Shown: positions 29,078 through 39,046 of the stretch, in pieces
Layout: every line of letters begins with the position of its first letter
Numbering within the stretch: the first letter of the stretch is position 1
Source of the DNA: an uncultured Bacteroidota bacterium
Lineage (GTDB): Bacteria > Bacteroidota > Bacteroidia > Chitinophagales > Chitinophagaceae
NCBI GenBank assembly: GCA_903831575.1
Contig: CAIKYB010000046.1
Span: forward strand, 16,986 to 80,985
DNA: 64,000 bases
Direction: 5' to 3'
The notes under the pieces: model-generated
What the model was told of the DNA's origin: nothing
The model's database searches: none
The model's input: only the letters and a program-made list of their open reading frames with translations
Program-made: the position numbers and the translations under genes

Positions 29078-30478
29078 TTATCCAAAGAACAAATATGTAA
29101 GCAATATTGACGTAATAATTCCCACCAGATCAGCCAATAACATAGACCAAACTGCGTAGCGGGTATTCTTAATAGATACTGCGCCAAAATATACAGCTAT
29201 TACATATAAAGTAGTATCTGAAGATCCCTGTAAAATACAAGCCAGTCTACCCGGAAAAGAATCTGCACCAAATGTTCTCATCGTATCTACCATCATGCCT
29301 CTTGCACCTCCTCCACTAAATGGTTTAATTAATGCCGTTGGCAACCCATCGACAAATCTCGTATCAGCACCAAACATGGCGAAAATACTTTTGATGCCTC
29401 CAATAAATGTATCGAAAGTGCCACTTGTACGAAGCAAACTAATCGCAACTAACATCCCAACTAAATAAGGAATGATACGAACCGCGGTTTCAAATCCACC
29501 TCTTGCCCCTTCTATAAAAGAATCAAAAACATCCACCTTTTTATACAAGCCACCCAAGACGATAGCAATAAAAATAAATAAAATCAATCCACTGCTTAAG
29601 GAGCTGGAAAAAATTTGTACAGCATCTGGTTCAAGTGAATGAATATATAATACAATCGATGCGATCAACGCAGAAATGCCTAAAATCCATGCAAGAATTA
29701 CAGGCTGGAAAACATTGATCTTTTGTTTGAAACTTACAATCAACATGGATGCCACTGTTGCAATAAAAGTTGCGATCATACAAGGAATGAAAATATCCAT
29801 CGGATTAGCAGACTTCGCAGCAGAGCGCAATGCAATAATACTCACTGGTATCATCGTCATGCCTGATGCGTGCAAACACAGGAACATAATTTGTGGATTC
29901 GAAGCTGTCGACTTATCGGGATTAATTTCCTGTAAACTCTCCATGGCTTTCAATCCAAATGGCGTTGCCGCATTATCCAATCCTAATAAATTTGCAGAGA
30001 AGTTCATCATCATGTGTCCAATAGCAGGATGCCCTTTCGGAACATCGGGGAATATTTTAGAAAAAAACGGCCCTATAATTCTTGATAAAAATCTTATCCC
30101 GCCCGCTTTCTCTGCAATCGACAAAAACCCCATAAACAAAGCCAGGAAGCCAATTAATTTCAAACAAAGCGCTACTGCAGTTTGACAAGTTTCAATCACA
30201 CCATCAGCGTTCGATATTTTGAAAGTTGTGAATTGATTGTCGCTGCTGCGAATCGTTTTTCGATCTCCATTTACATAAATTTTATTGCTGTCAATTTCCG
30301 CCACCATTTGCTTGTCAGCTTCTAAGACATTTATAGTTTTTAATTTAATTGTATCTCCAGATTTCCCCGTAACCATATTAGAAAATATAGTACGGCTTTC
30401 CGTAGACACCGCCAGCTTAATACTTGCAGTTAAAATAGCTATGATGATAAATGCTGACCAAATACGACTTAATACCAT
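29078..30478 (-). CDS. Nucleoside-recognition (SpmA/SpmB fusion) membrane protein
   Basis: ANLLGLDNAATPFGLKAM; KPFSGGGARG; GSSDTTLYVIAVYFG. Confidence 0.88.
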   Translation of the reverse strand: MVLSRIWSAFIIIAILTASIKLAVSTESRTIFSNMVTGKSGDTIKLKTINVLEADKQMVAEIDSNKIYVNGDRKTIRSSDNQFTTFKISNADGVIETCQTAVALCLKLIGFLALFMGFLSIAEKAGGIRFLSRIIGPFFSKIFPDVPKGHPAIGHMMMNFSANLLGLDNAATPFGLKAMESLQEINPDKSTASNPQIMFLCLHASGMTMIPVSIIALRSAAKSANPMDIFIPCMIATFIATVASMLIVSFKQKINVFQPVILAWILGISALIASIVLYIHSLEPDAVQIFSSSLSSGLILFIFIAIVLGGLYKKVDVFDSFIEGARGGFETAVRIIPYLVGMLVAISLLRTSGTFDTFIGGIKSIFAMFGADTRFVDGLPTALIKPFSGGGARGMMVDTMRTFGADSFPGRLACILQGSSDTTLYVIAVYFGAVSIKNTRYAVWSMLLADLVGIITSILLTYLFFG

Positions 30479-30514
30479 GATGAAATAGTTTTTATAATGG
30501 ATGAAAATAAGAAA

Positions 30515-30650
30515 AAATCAACAAACCATTCAACTAATCAACCTTTCAACCACATTCAACCCTTTAGACACCTTTCAACCCTTCAACAACTTTCAACAAC
30601 TTTTCAACCATATTAAACCATTCAACCAATCAACTTTTCAACTAATCAAC
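30515..30650 (+). repeat. C/A-rich mosaic tract of 8-10 nt units ending at the ychF promoter
   Basis: About 14 TCAAC/TTAAAC-cored units (AATCAAC, CTTTCAAC, CCATTCAAC); TATATTTG at 30652-30659 follows immediately. Confidence 0.8.
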
Positions 30651-30682
30651 TTATATTTGCACTCGTTTAAAAAATCAAAAAA

Positions 30683-31783
30683 ATGGCATTACAAGCAGGA
30701 ATTGTGGGATTACCCAACGTAGGAAAATCAACTCTTTTTAACGCAGTGAGCAGCAGTGCAAAAGCACAGGCGAGCAATTACAGATTCTGCACGATAGAAC
30801 CCAATACTGGTTTGGTGAATGTGCCCGATCCAAGACTAAACAAATTAGAAGAATTGGTTAAGCCCAATCGTACGGTACCTACGCAGATAGAAATTGTAGA
30901 TATAGCCGGCCTTGTAAGAGGTGCTAGTAAAGGGGAAGGTTTGGGAAATAAATTTCTTGCTAATATCAGAGAAGTTGACGCCATCATTCATGTAATCCGC
31001 TGTTTTGAAGATGATAATATTTTAAGAGATGAAGGGCCTATAAATCCTGTTGGTGACAAAGAAATTATCGAAACAGAATTGCAATTAAAAGATCTGGAAA
31101 GTGTAGAGAAAAAAATACAACGTACAGAAAAACTATTAAAACAAGGTGACGCTAAATTAAAAGCCGAATACGAGGTACTGAAAGCATGCAAAGAACACCT
31201 TGATAAAGGAAAGAATATTTTATCTCTTGGGTTAAGCAAAGATGACAAATCTGCTATTGCTGATATTTTCTTACTAACGGATAAGCCTATTTTGTATGTG
31301 GCAAATGTTGATGAAGCTTCTATGCATACAGGCAATAAATTTTCTAACGCTTTAATTGAAGCTGTTAGAAATGAAGGCAATGAAGTTATTGTAATGACCA
31401 ATGCCATCGAGGCGCAGATTGCAGAATTTGATAATGAAGATGACAAACACATGTTCATGGAAGAGTATAAAATGGTGGAACCTGCATTAGACAGGTTGAT
31501 TCACTCTACTTATAAATTATTAAACTTATCGACATACTTTACCGCTGGAGTTCAGGAAGTAAGAGCCTGGACGATTCAACAAGGATGGAAAGCTCCTCAG
31601 GCAGCAAGTGTCATCCATACAGATTTTGAAAAAGGATTCATCAAAGCTGAAGTAATCGCCTATGATGACTTTGTGCATTATGGATCAGAAGCGGCATGCA
31701 GAGACAACGGCAGATTGCGTATAGAAGGAAAAGAATACTTAGTTCATGATGGCGATGTGATGCATTTTAGGTTTAATGTATAG
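30683..31783 (+). CDS. ychF: Redox-regulated ATPase YchF (Obg family)
   Basis: [36 protein letters not shown]. Confidence 0.97.
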   Translation: MALQAGIVGLPNVGKSTLFNAVSSSAKAQASNYRFCTIEPNTGLVNVPDPRLNKLEELVKPNRTVPTQIEIVDIAGLVRGASKGEGLGNKFLANIREVDAIIHVIRCFEDDNILRDEGPINPVGDKEIIETELQLKDLESVEKKIQRTEKLLKQGDAKLKAEYEVLKACKEHLDKGKNILSLGLSKDDKSAIADIFLLTDKPILYVANVDEASMHTGNKFSNALIEAVRNEGNEVIVMTNAIEAQIAEFDNEDDKHMFMEEYKMVEPALDRLIHSTYKLLNLSTYFTAGVQEVRAWTIQQGWKAPQAASVIHTDFEKGFIKAEVIAYDDFVHYGSEAACRDNGRLRIEGKEYLVHDGDVMHFRFNV

Positions 31784-31793
31784 TCATGAGGAG

Positions 31794-31982
31794 GTTTCAG
31801 AGGTTTCAAATCGCTGCGCTTGTTTAATGAGTTCAAAACGTTTAAATCAAATTCATCAAAACTAATTTTAAAACAGAATTAAGCGAATCTTAGCGTTCTT
31901 ATTTCTCTGCGGTGATAAATAAACCTTAAGGCGTTTCAAAGGTTTCAATCGCTGCGCTAGTTTAATGAGTTCAAAATGTTTA
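31794..31982 (+). repeat. Two ~51-bp direct repeats (31794-31844; 31933-31982) with TCGCTGCGCT core
   Basis: 47 of 51 positions identical by hand alignment; 88-nt spacer. Confidence 0.85.
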
Positions 31983-32038
31983 GCGTAACCACATAATATC
32001 AAATCCAACCTATTCAACCTTTTCAACCTATTCCCTAA

Positions 32039-33067
32039 TCAACCAAGATTCGGCCTTCTTCTTCTCGACTTATTAAAAACCATCATCCCTTTGTCAATTC
32101 CTTTTCTGAGTTGCTTTTGTTCTTCTTCGGGAAGATTAATGATATCATGACATTCATTACTACAAGTGCCATTAAATTGTTTTGCACAGGTTTCGCATTG
32201 AATAAAAAGCAAATGGCAACCTTCATTTTTACAATTAGTATGTGTATCAGCTGGATTACCACACTGATGGCACTTAGCGATAATTTCGTCTGTAATCCGC
32301 TCTCCTAGTCTGTCATCAAAAACGAAATTTTTTCCATGAAATTTATTGGAAAGTTGTTGTTCCTTAACCTTGTTGGCATAATGAATAATCCCCCCTTCTA
32401 AATGAAATACATTTTTAAATCCACGATGCAGCATATACGCACTTGCTTTTTCACATCTGATGCCTCCGGTGCAATACATGATGATGTTCTTGTCTTTTTG
32501 ATCACCCAATAGCTTAGCAGCCATAGGCAATTGCTCTCTGAAGGTATCACTTGGAACCTCTATGGCATTTTCGAAATGACCAACTTCATATTCGTAATGG
32601 TTGCGCATATCAACAACAACCGTATCGGGATCTTCGGTTAACTTATTAAATTCATCAGCATTTACATATTGTCCTTTATTCGCCATACTGAATTCGGGAT
32701 CTTTAATCCCATCAGCAACGATTTTATCTCTCAATTTCACTTTAAGTACCCAGAAAGATTTCCCATCATTATCAACGGCAATGTTTAGACGAAGTCCATT
32801 TAATGTTGGATAATTATATAAATAACTTTTAAATGCTTCGAAATTTTCTTCAGGAACACTTACCTGTGCATTGATGCCTTCAGTAGCAATATAAATCCTA
32901 CCAAACACATTCAACTCTGCTAACCCTTTATAAAATTCATCTCTGAACTCTTGTGGATTTTCAATAAAAAAATATTGATAAAAGGAAATGGTGATTCTGT
33001 AGAATGTTTCTTCATACAAGCGATTTTTAAGCTCCGCCTGTGAAACGCGATTGTGTAATACTGCCAT
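32039..33067 (-). CDS. trhO: Rhodanese-domain tRNA U34 hydroxylase (UPF0176)
   Basis: [42 protein letters not shown]-terminal Cys cluster; TACTTTTG promoter at 33145-33152. Confidence 0.9.
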   Translation of the reverse strand: MAVLHNRVSQAELKNRLYEETFYRITISFYQYFFIENPQEFRDEFYKGLAELNVFGRIYIATEGINAQVSVPEENFEAFKSYLYNYPTLNGLRLNIAVDNDGKSFWVLKVKLRDKIVADGIKDPEFSMANKGQYVNADEFNKLTEDPDTVVVDMRNHYEYEVGHFENAIEVPSDTFREQLPMAAKLLGDQKDKNIIMYCTGGIRCEKASAYMLHRGFKNVFHLEGGIIHYANKVKEQQLSNKFHGKNFVFDDRLGERITDEIIAKCHQCGNPADTHTNCKNEGCHLLFIQCETCAKQFNGTCSNECHDIINLPEEEQKQLRKGIDKGMMVFNKSRRRRPNLG

Positions 33068-33169
33068 AGTAAAATATTTGACTCCAAATGAATGGAGAAT
33101 CTAAAAAAGATTGGATGCTTGCAGGGCAAACCAAATTGTCATAGCAAAAGTAGAGTTTTATACGTTTAC

Positions 33170-35737
33170 TCAAAAATTAATTCCAATGGAACGCTTTCTT
33201 GAAAGGCCATTTCCCCTATTATTTAGCCCTCCGCTTAAAACACCTCCAGCGCCGAAAACTAATGCAGAATTGACATACCGGCCATTTTGATAAGCACTTA
33301 CAAAATCAACTCTCATTAATTTAAATATATTTTCGAGACCAACATATAACTCTTCGTAATGATTAGCATTACTGATATAATAAGAATGCATGCCCGTTAT
33401 TAAACCCCAATTCCATTTCTTTATTAATGGGATTTTATTAGTAATGAATCCATTAAAATGGTGCTCCACATGACATGATAAATACAATTTGTCTGTATTA
33501 GAATTAAGGTAAGAACCCATTAGTTGAAAACTCGTTTCATTGTCCAAAGATGCCTTTAATGGATTTCCAAAAAAATGGGTATAATCCTGAATGAAAACTT
33601 TATTCGCATTCAAAAATCCTCCGACAGATAATTTATATTTAAATAGTCCGCCCAATTTAAAATTCATATCATCCTTAATATCTAGATTCCATTTATCAAA
33701 ATCAGCATCACTGCCCAAAACGGTTGCAATACCTTTTGTATAATTCAAAGTAAATAGTGGATATTTTGAACCTAAAGGCATTCTTTGATCGGGGAATTGA
33801 ATGTAACGTTGACCAGGCCTAAAACTAATTTCAATATTGGCTAAAAGTGCCTGATGATGAAATACTTCGTTCAATGAAACTCTGTCAACAGGATAATTTT
33901 CTGTAAGCTTTATGCTGTCTGCTTTTTTAAAAGTGTAAGTGCTTGAATTGAAAAGTGGTGCACGATCTTCAAACGTAGCTTTTAGGGTAAAACTTAACCC
34001 CGATTCATAACGTTTTCTAAAAGCAAGTCCGCCATAATATTTTTCATAGGTCTTCATTACATTTTTACCACTAAATAAAGTACTGAAGGAATTCAATAAG
34101 GGCTCCACAGGATTTTCATTATTATACTGCGATACACGTTTACCGCCAGATAAAAACCATGCAATATGTTTGTTTTGATGCATTTTATTTTTACCATTGG
34201 GCCTTATAGCAATATCTACCCAGCTATTCAAATGTGTATTCGCAAAACCATACCTGATATTGGGCTGAACAAATAATTTGTATTTGCGTTTGGGATTATT
34301 TTGTTCGTAATAACCTCCCAATTGTCCTACCACACCTTCAGCTGTATTATATTGCAGATTTCCGATTAAAGATTCTATTCCCCATTGATAAGGATTGGTT
34401 TTACTGAAATGATTTCTATTGATATTTGAAAGGAAGATTTTTTGAATTTTAAATTTTCCCTGCTTTTTTTTAAGTGAATCAATATTATTATAAACAGAAT
34501 TTGAATCTGATCTTAAAACGAATAAACTGTCCTTAATTCTATAATCATCCTTTTCCTCTAACTCAAGCGGGACAGGCCTTACAGAATCCCAATATTGCCT
34601 CATTTTTTTATTAACTCCTGTGTCATATTTTATTACAATACGATCAAAAAACTTTTTATCAAAATTCCTGTTGATGTTATAATTGGAATAAACTGTAAGA
34701 AAATGACCAATCACATCTATTTTAAACATGTTGAAATTAAAATAAAGCAGTTGATCTTTCACTCTCCAGATATCATTACTAACGGGAATGTGCAACTGTG
34801 TTATTTTCAACGTATCCAAGAATTCAAGTTGCGACTGTTTGGTTAAGGTCAGATCAAAACTTTGAATCCGCCAATCTTCATCTGTAATATTGATGATGCC
34901 TGAAAAAAGTGGTTCATAATTTCTACGCGGTATCACTTTAATAGCATTAACTACTTTTCCGTTTTCCATAAACGTGCCTAAAATCTTGTATTTATAAAAC
35001 CGCAAAGCCCCATCTGCAATTGGCGAAACATATCCTCTGGTACCAAAGCTGCCATTGAAAATACTTACATTATTTTCATACAAATTAATAAAAGCAGGAA
35101 AAGTAAATCCGAAACTATTACTGCCACTCACTCTGCTGCTTTTAACATCCAGCTTGAATTTATCAGGTTGCTGCACATAGACTTTTGAAATCGCTTCAGA
35201 CAAATAAATAATCCCCTTCCCGGATGAATCCAAACCCATTGTTTTTCTGTCTTCTTCCGGCATCTTTTTACCCATAATTTTATTAGGCAAATTTCTTAAT
35301 TTGATTAAATCTTTACTATACAAATCGCAATCAAAAGACTTTACCAGATTATTATAATAATTTCTTTTTTTAATCGCTTGTCTGATGATTTCATATGCGG
35401 GATTATCTTCGCCACTTTTTATAATAAGTTCTTTCAATAATAGTTGTTGTTTATGGAGCGTAAAATTCAATTCCATATCAGCGGACAATTCTACACTCTT
35501 TTCAATAGATTCATAACCAACATGCTGACAAACCAAAATGTATTTACCCGGTGGTAAGAAAAAGGAATAGTCAGCTTTATTATTGGCGGTAACACCTGAA
35601 GAAGTTCCTTTAATAACGATTGAGGCATAAGGAAGTAAACTCCCATTGTCATCGCGAACAACGCCATATAATTTCTGAGCATCTAGTTCAGAACAAAAGA
35701 TTAATAATAAAAGTATGGTGAAAATCGGCTTATTCAT
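33170..35737 (-). CDS. Outer-membrane protein with N-terminal carboxypeptidase-regulatory-like domain (DUF5686-like)
   Basis: Start moved to MNKPIF (signal peptide ending LDAQ); G.VRDD..G..LPYASI domain; C-terminal Phe. Confidence 0.8.
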   Translation of the reverse strand: MNKPIFTILLLLIFCSELDAQKLYGVVRDDNGSLLPYASIVIKGTSSGVTANNKADYSFFLPPGKYILVCQHVGYESIEKSVELSADMELNFTLHKQQLLLKELIIKSGEDNPAYEIIRQAIKKRNYYNNLVKSFDCDLYSKDLIKLRNLPNKIMGKKMPEEDRKTMGLDSSGKGIIYLSEAISKVYVQQPDKFKLDVKSSRVSGSNSFGFTFPAFINLYENNVSIFNGSFGTRGYVSPIADGALRFYKYKILGTFMENGKVVNAIKVIPRRNYEPLFSGIINITDEDWRIQSFDLTLTKQSQLEFLDTLKITQLHIPVSNDIWRVKDQLLYFNFNMFKIDVIGHFLTVYSNYNINRNFDKKFFDRIVIKYDTGVNKKMRQYWDSVRPVPLELEEKDDYRIKDSLFVLRSDSNSVYNNIDSLKKKQGKFKIQKIFLSNINRNHFSKTNPYQWGIESLIGNLQYNTAEGVVGQLGGYYEQNNPKRKYKLFVQPNIRYGFANTHLNSWVDIAIRPNGKNKMHQNKHIAWFLSGGKRVSQYNNENPVEPLLNSFSTLFSGKNVMKTYEKYYGGLAFRKRYESGLSFTLKATFEDRAPLFNSSTYTFKKADSIKLTENYPVDRVSLNEVFHHQALLANIEISFRPGQRYIQFPDQRMPLGSKYPLFTLNYTKGIATVLGSDADFDKWNLDIKDDMNFKLGGLFKYKLSVGGFLNANKVFIQDYTHFFGNPLKASLDNETSFQLMGSYLNSNTDKLYLSCHVEHHFNGFITNKIPLIKKWNWGLITGMHSYYISNANHYEELYVGLENIFKLMRVDFVSAYQNGRYVNSALVFGAGGVLSGGLNNRGNGLSRKRSIGINF

Positions 35738-35805
35738 TTTAAAATAAATTTGAAAAAGCAAAGTAAAGGGATTTTTATTTGATGTAAAATTCAATTGCAT
35801 TTTCA

Positions 35806-35960
35806 TTGCCGTGGTTCGTACCTGGTTCGTACCATCGTATTAAGTCGGTAGTTCACACCAAACGATGAATTTCTGATTCTCGCCATGGCATTGGATTTCA
35901 TAAGCAAATGCCCAACAATGTGGTTCATACCTGGTTCGTACCATGGCAATACCACGGCAA
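35806..35960. repeat. 155-bp element with 10-bp terminal inverted repeats and internal 25-bp direct repeats
   Basis: TTGCCGTGGT (35806-35815) / ACCACGGCAA (35951-35960); GTGGTTCRTACCTGGTTCGTACCAT at 35811-35835 and 35920-35944. Confidence 0.8.
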
Positions 35961-35989
35961 GCGAGCATATTCATAAGAAAGTAATAATA

Positions 35990-36021
35990 AAACAAAACCC
36001 TTCTCTATTAGGAGAAGGGTT
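35990..36021 (-). terminator. Intrinsic terminator of the alpha operon
   Basis: AACCCTTCTC-N6-GAGAAGGGTT stem followed on minus strand by TTGTTT. Confidence 0.75.
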
Positions 36022-36045
36022 AGTAAAATGTAATTCGTTTATGAA

Positions 36046-36567
36046 TTAAGCTTCTGGTGTTTCTTCTACCACTTCTGCTTCTGTAATTGCATCATCTGTT
36101 GCTGCTTCTGCATCAGCTTTTTTCTTGCTGCCACCAGCACGACGTGTTTTCTTAACTGTTTCTGTAGCTTGACCAATTCCTTTGCCGTAAATTTCATTAA
36201 AATCTACCAATTCAATCATAGCCATTTCAGCATTATCACCAATACGAGCACCTAATTTAATGATACGTGTATATCCTCCTGGACGATCAGCAACTTTAGG
36301 TGCAACCACTGTAAATAATTCTTTTACAGCTTCTTTATCGTTTAAGTAACTAAACACAATACGATGGTTATGCATAATCGCTTCTTTGCTCGAATTAGCC
36401 TTTGTTTTAGTAATCAATGGCTCAATAAAAGTACGAAGTGCCTTAGCTTTTGCTACAGTTGTAGTGATTCTTTTGTAAGTAATCAACTGGCAGCTTAGAT
36501 TCATAAGTAGTGCTTTTCTGTGAGAAGCAGTTCTACTTAAATTGTTTTTTTTGTTTCCGTGACGCAT
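36046..36567 (-). CDS. rplQ: 50S ribosomal protein L17 with Bacteroidota-type C-terminal extension
   Basis: [29 protein letters not shown]. Confidence 0.97.
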   Translation of the reverse strand: MRHGNKKNNLSRTASHRKALLMNLSCQLITYKRITTTVAKAKALRTFIEPLITKTKANSSKEAIMHNHRIVFSYLNDKEAVKELFTVVAPKVADRPGGYTRIIKLGARIGDNAEMAMIELVDFNEIYGKGIGQATETVKKTRRAGGSKKKADAEAATDDAITEAEVVEETPEA

Positions 36568-36632
36568 GACTTTTTGTTTTATACCCTGTACCGTGTCAGG
36601 AATTACAGAGTTTGTTTATAAAAATTCTTTCC

Positions 36633-36720
36633 GATTTAGTGATTTGATGATTTGATGATTTGATGATTTGAATGCTATTGACATCTTTAAATGGACAAAT
36701 CAACTCCTCTTCAAATCAAT
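36633..36720. repeat. 8-mer repeat tract inside the rpoA-rplQ spacer
   Basis: (GATTTGAT)x3 plus a partial unit at 36641-36671; complementary CAAATCA units at 36697-36720. Confidence 0.8.
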
Positions 36721-37715
36721 TACTCGTCATCTAATTTTAATTTGCTTAAATCCATTCCAAAGCTCAAGCCTCTTTCGTGAAGAACCTGATCGATTTCACT
36801 CAATGATTTTTGTCCGAAGTTTCTGAATTTCATCAAATCTTCTTGCTCATATTGAACCAACTCACTCAATGAATTAATTTTAGCTGCTTTCAAACAATTG
36901 AATGCACGAACAGATAAATCTAAGTCTTCAAGCGGCGTTTTCAACATCTTACGAAGTTGTAAGGTTTGCTCGTCAACTAAATCTTCTTTCTTATCTTCTT
37001 TTGTATCGAAAGTGATATTTTCATCAGTAATGATCATCAAATGCTGGATCAAAATACGGCTAGCTTGTTTAACCGCTTCTTCAGGATGAATAGTTCCATC
37101 AGTAATAACTTCCATTATTAATTTTTCGAAGTCTGTACGTTGTTCTACCCTTGTATTCTCAATCAAATACTTAACATTTTTGATTGGAGTATAAATAGCA
37201 TCAACAGGAATGTACCCAAAATGAGAGCTCTTTTCTTTTTGCTCTTCAGCTGGAACGTAACCACGACCTTTTCCAATAGTGATTTCTATATCCAATTTTG
37301 CACTGTTATCTAAAGTACAAATCATCAATTCCGGATTCATTACTTCGAAAGATGGAGTAGCTTCTCCAATCATTCCTGCATTAAATTCGGTCTTGTTTTT
37401 TATAGAAAGGGAAATCTTTTCGGTAGTTACATCATGATCAACTATAGATTTAAAACGTACTTGCTTTAAATTCAAAATCATTTCAGTTACATCTTCAGTT
37501 ACACCTTTAAGTGTAGCAAATTCATGATCCGCTCCTACGATGTTGATTCCGATGATTGCATGTCCTTCCAAAGAATTAAGTAATACTCTGCGAAGAGCAT
37601 TGCCAATTGTTACGCCATATCCTGGCTCTAAAGGACGAAATTCGAATTGTGCTTCAAAATCATTTGCTTTTTGTAGTACAATTTTATCTGGTTTAACAAA
37701 ATTAAAAATAGCCAT
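36720..37715 (-). CDS. rpoA: RNA polymerase subunit alpha
   Basis: PLEPGYGVTIGNALRRVLL; alpha-CTD LSVRAFNCL...NFGQKS. Confidence 0.98.
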   Translation of the reverse strand: MAIFNFVKPDKIVLQKANDFEAQFEFRPLEPGYGVTIGNALRRVLLNSLEGHAIIGINIVGADHEFATLKGVTEDVTEMILNLKQVRFKSIVDHDVTTEKISLSIKNKTEFNAGMIGEATPSFEVMNPELMICTLDNSAKLDIEITIGKGRGYVPAEEQKEKSSHFGYIPVDAIYTPIKNVKYLIENTRVEQRTDFEKLIMEVITDGTIHPEEAVKQASRILIQHLMIITDENITFDTKEDKKEDLVDEQTLQLRKMLKTPLEDLDLSVRAFNCLKAAKINSLSELVQYEQEDLMKFRNFGQKSLSEIDQVLHERGLSFGMDLSKLKLDDE

Positions 37716-37801
37716 CTGTATTTTGTTGTTTTAATTTAGTGTTTAAAATATGTCGTTTATCCCGACGTTTATTTATTAAAAAAGTAGAATAAGAATCAAG
37801 A

Positions 37802-38407
37802 TTACTTACTGTACAATTCCACAATCAATTGCTCCTTAATATTTTCAGGAACACTTTCTCTTTCAGGATAAGCAATAAATGTACCTTTCAATTCTGATTC
37901 GCTCCAATCCAACCAACTGAATTTAGGATTCTTGCCGCGAACGCTTCCTGTGATAGCAACATTTGCAGCACTTTTGTTTTTCAATCCAACTACATCACCT
38001 GGTTTGCAGCTATAAGAAGGAATGTTAAGGATATCTCCATTAACAGTTACATGCTTGTGACTTACCATCTGACGAGCAGCTTGACGACTTGGTGCAATAC
38101 CCATTCTGAAAACAGTATTATCCAAACGAGCTTCTAATAATTTGATTAAGTTTTCACCAGTTACCCCTTTTCTGCGAGCAGCTTCTTCGAAAGTTTTACG
38201 GAATTGTTTTTCTAACAAGCCATAAGTGTACTTCGCTTTTTGCTTTTCTTTCAACTGAACACCATACTCACTTAAAGTTTTACGCTTTTTAGTGCCGCCA
38301 TGCTGTCCTGGAGGATTACTGTTTTTAGTTAACCACTTGCCGTTTCCTGTAATAGGTTCTCCAAATCGGCGGGAGATTTTTGTTTTGGGGCCTGTATAAC
38401 GTGCCAT
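37802..38407 (-). CDS. rpsD: 30S ribosomal protein S4
   Basis: [34 protein letters not shown]. Confidence 0.98.
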   Translation of the reverse strand: MARYTGPKTKISRRFGEPITGNGKWLTKNSNPPGQHGGTKKRKTLSEYGVQLKEKQKAKYTYGLLEKQFRKTFEEAARRKGVTGENLIKLLEARLDNTVFRMGIAPSRQAARQMVSHKHVTVNGDILNIPSYSCKPGDVVGLKNKSAANVAITGSVRGKNPKFSWLDWSESELKGTFIAYPERESVPENIKEQLIVELYSK

Positions 38408-38495
38408 AATGTTGTTGGTGACCTTTTAGTGTCGATGCATCATCAGTAAGGTCTTTAAAATAAATGATGCACCCGTTAATAAATAGTGTTATAAA

Positions 38496-38906
38496 TTATA
38501 CTCTTCTTTTCTTTGGAGGGCGACAACCATTGTGAGGCATTGGAGTAATATCTTTAATCATTGATACTTCCAATCCACTTTGAGAAAGTGAACGAATAGC
38601 TCCTTCACGTCCGCTACCAGGGCCTTTTACAAATACGTCAACTCTTTTCAATCCTGCATCAATAGCAGTTTTTGCCGCATCAGCACCAGCCATCTGAGCT
38701 GCATAAGGTGTATTTTTCTTACTTCCTTTGAAACCCATTTTACCAGCAGATGACCAAGAAATTACCTGACCATTTTTGTTGGTTAAACTGATAATAATGT
38801 TGTTGAATGTAGCAGAGATATGAGCATCCCCATAGCTGTCTACTTTTACTACACGCTTTTTTGCTGCAGCTTTTGCGCTTTGCGCTTTTTGTTGTGCCTT
38901 TGCCAT
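38496..38906 (-). CDS. rpsK: 30S ribosomal protein S11
   Basis: [34 protein letters not shown]. Confidence 0.98.
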   Translation of the reverse strand: MAKAQQKAQSAKAAAKKRVVKVDSYGDAHISATFNNIIISLTNKNGQVISWSSAGKMGFKGSKKNTPYAAQMAGADAAKTAIDAGLKRVDVFVKGPGSGREGAIRSLSQSGLEVSMIKDITPMPHNGCRPPKKRRV

Positions 38907-39046
38907 TTTTTAATTAAATAGGTGATCTTAAAAAAATTACTCGGTTGCCCGAGGCTGAACCAACCCTCCTGCTGACTTAAAAAGCTATCCGGCGTTGATT
39001 CAAAAAAATAAGTCGATATACTTTATACTCCGTTAAGGAACATTAA

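Noticed and set aside
29676-30185. 169-aa plus-strand ORF and the many other 60-160 aa ORFs nested in or antisense to annotated genes (e.g. 14910-15332, 22085-22555, 24483-24830, 30988-31458, 44111-44491)
   Set aside because: Shadow frames of well-supported genes; no recognisable motifs.
30501-30722. 73-aa ORF (MKIRKNQQTIQLINLST...)
   Set aside because: It is the translation of the nearly stop-free C/A-rich repeat tract, and it overlaps the ychF promoter and start.
31794-31982. Possible CRISPR array (repeat-spacer-repeat)
   Set aside because: Only two copies, 51-bp repeats with an 88-nt spacer, internally periodic, and no cas genes in the window.
35738-35806. N-terminal extension of the DUF5686-like ORF as given in the ORF track
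   Set aside because: A typical signal peptide begins at the Met at 35737; the extension is probably non-coding.
35811-35944. Possible mini-CRISPR (25-bp direct repeats)
   Set aside because: Two copies only, an 84-nt spacer, repeats are themselves tandem 11-mers, and no cas genes.
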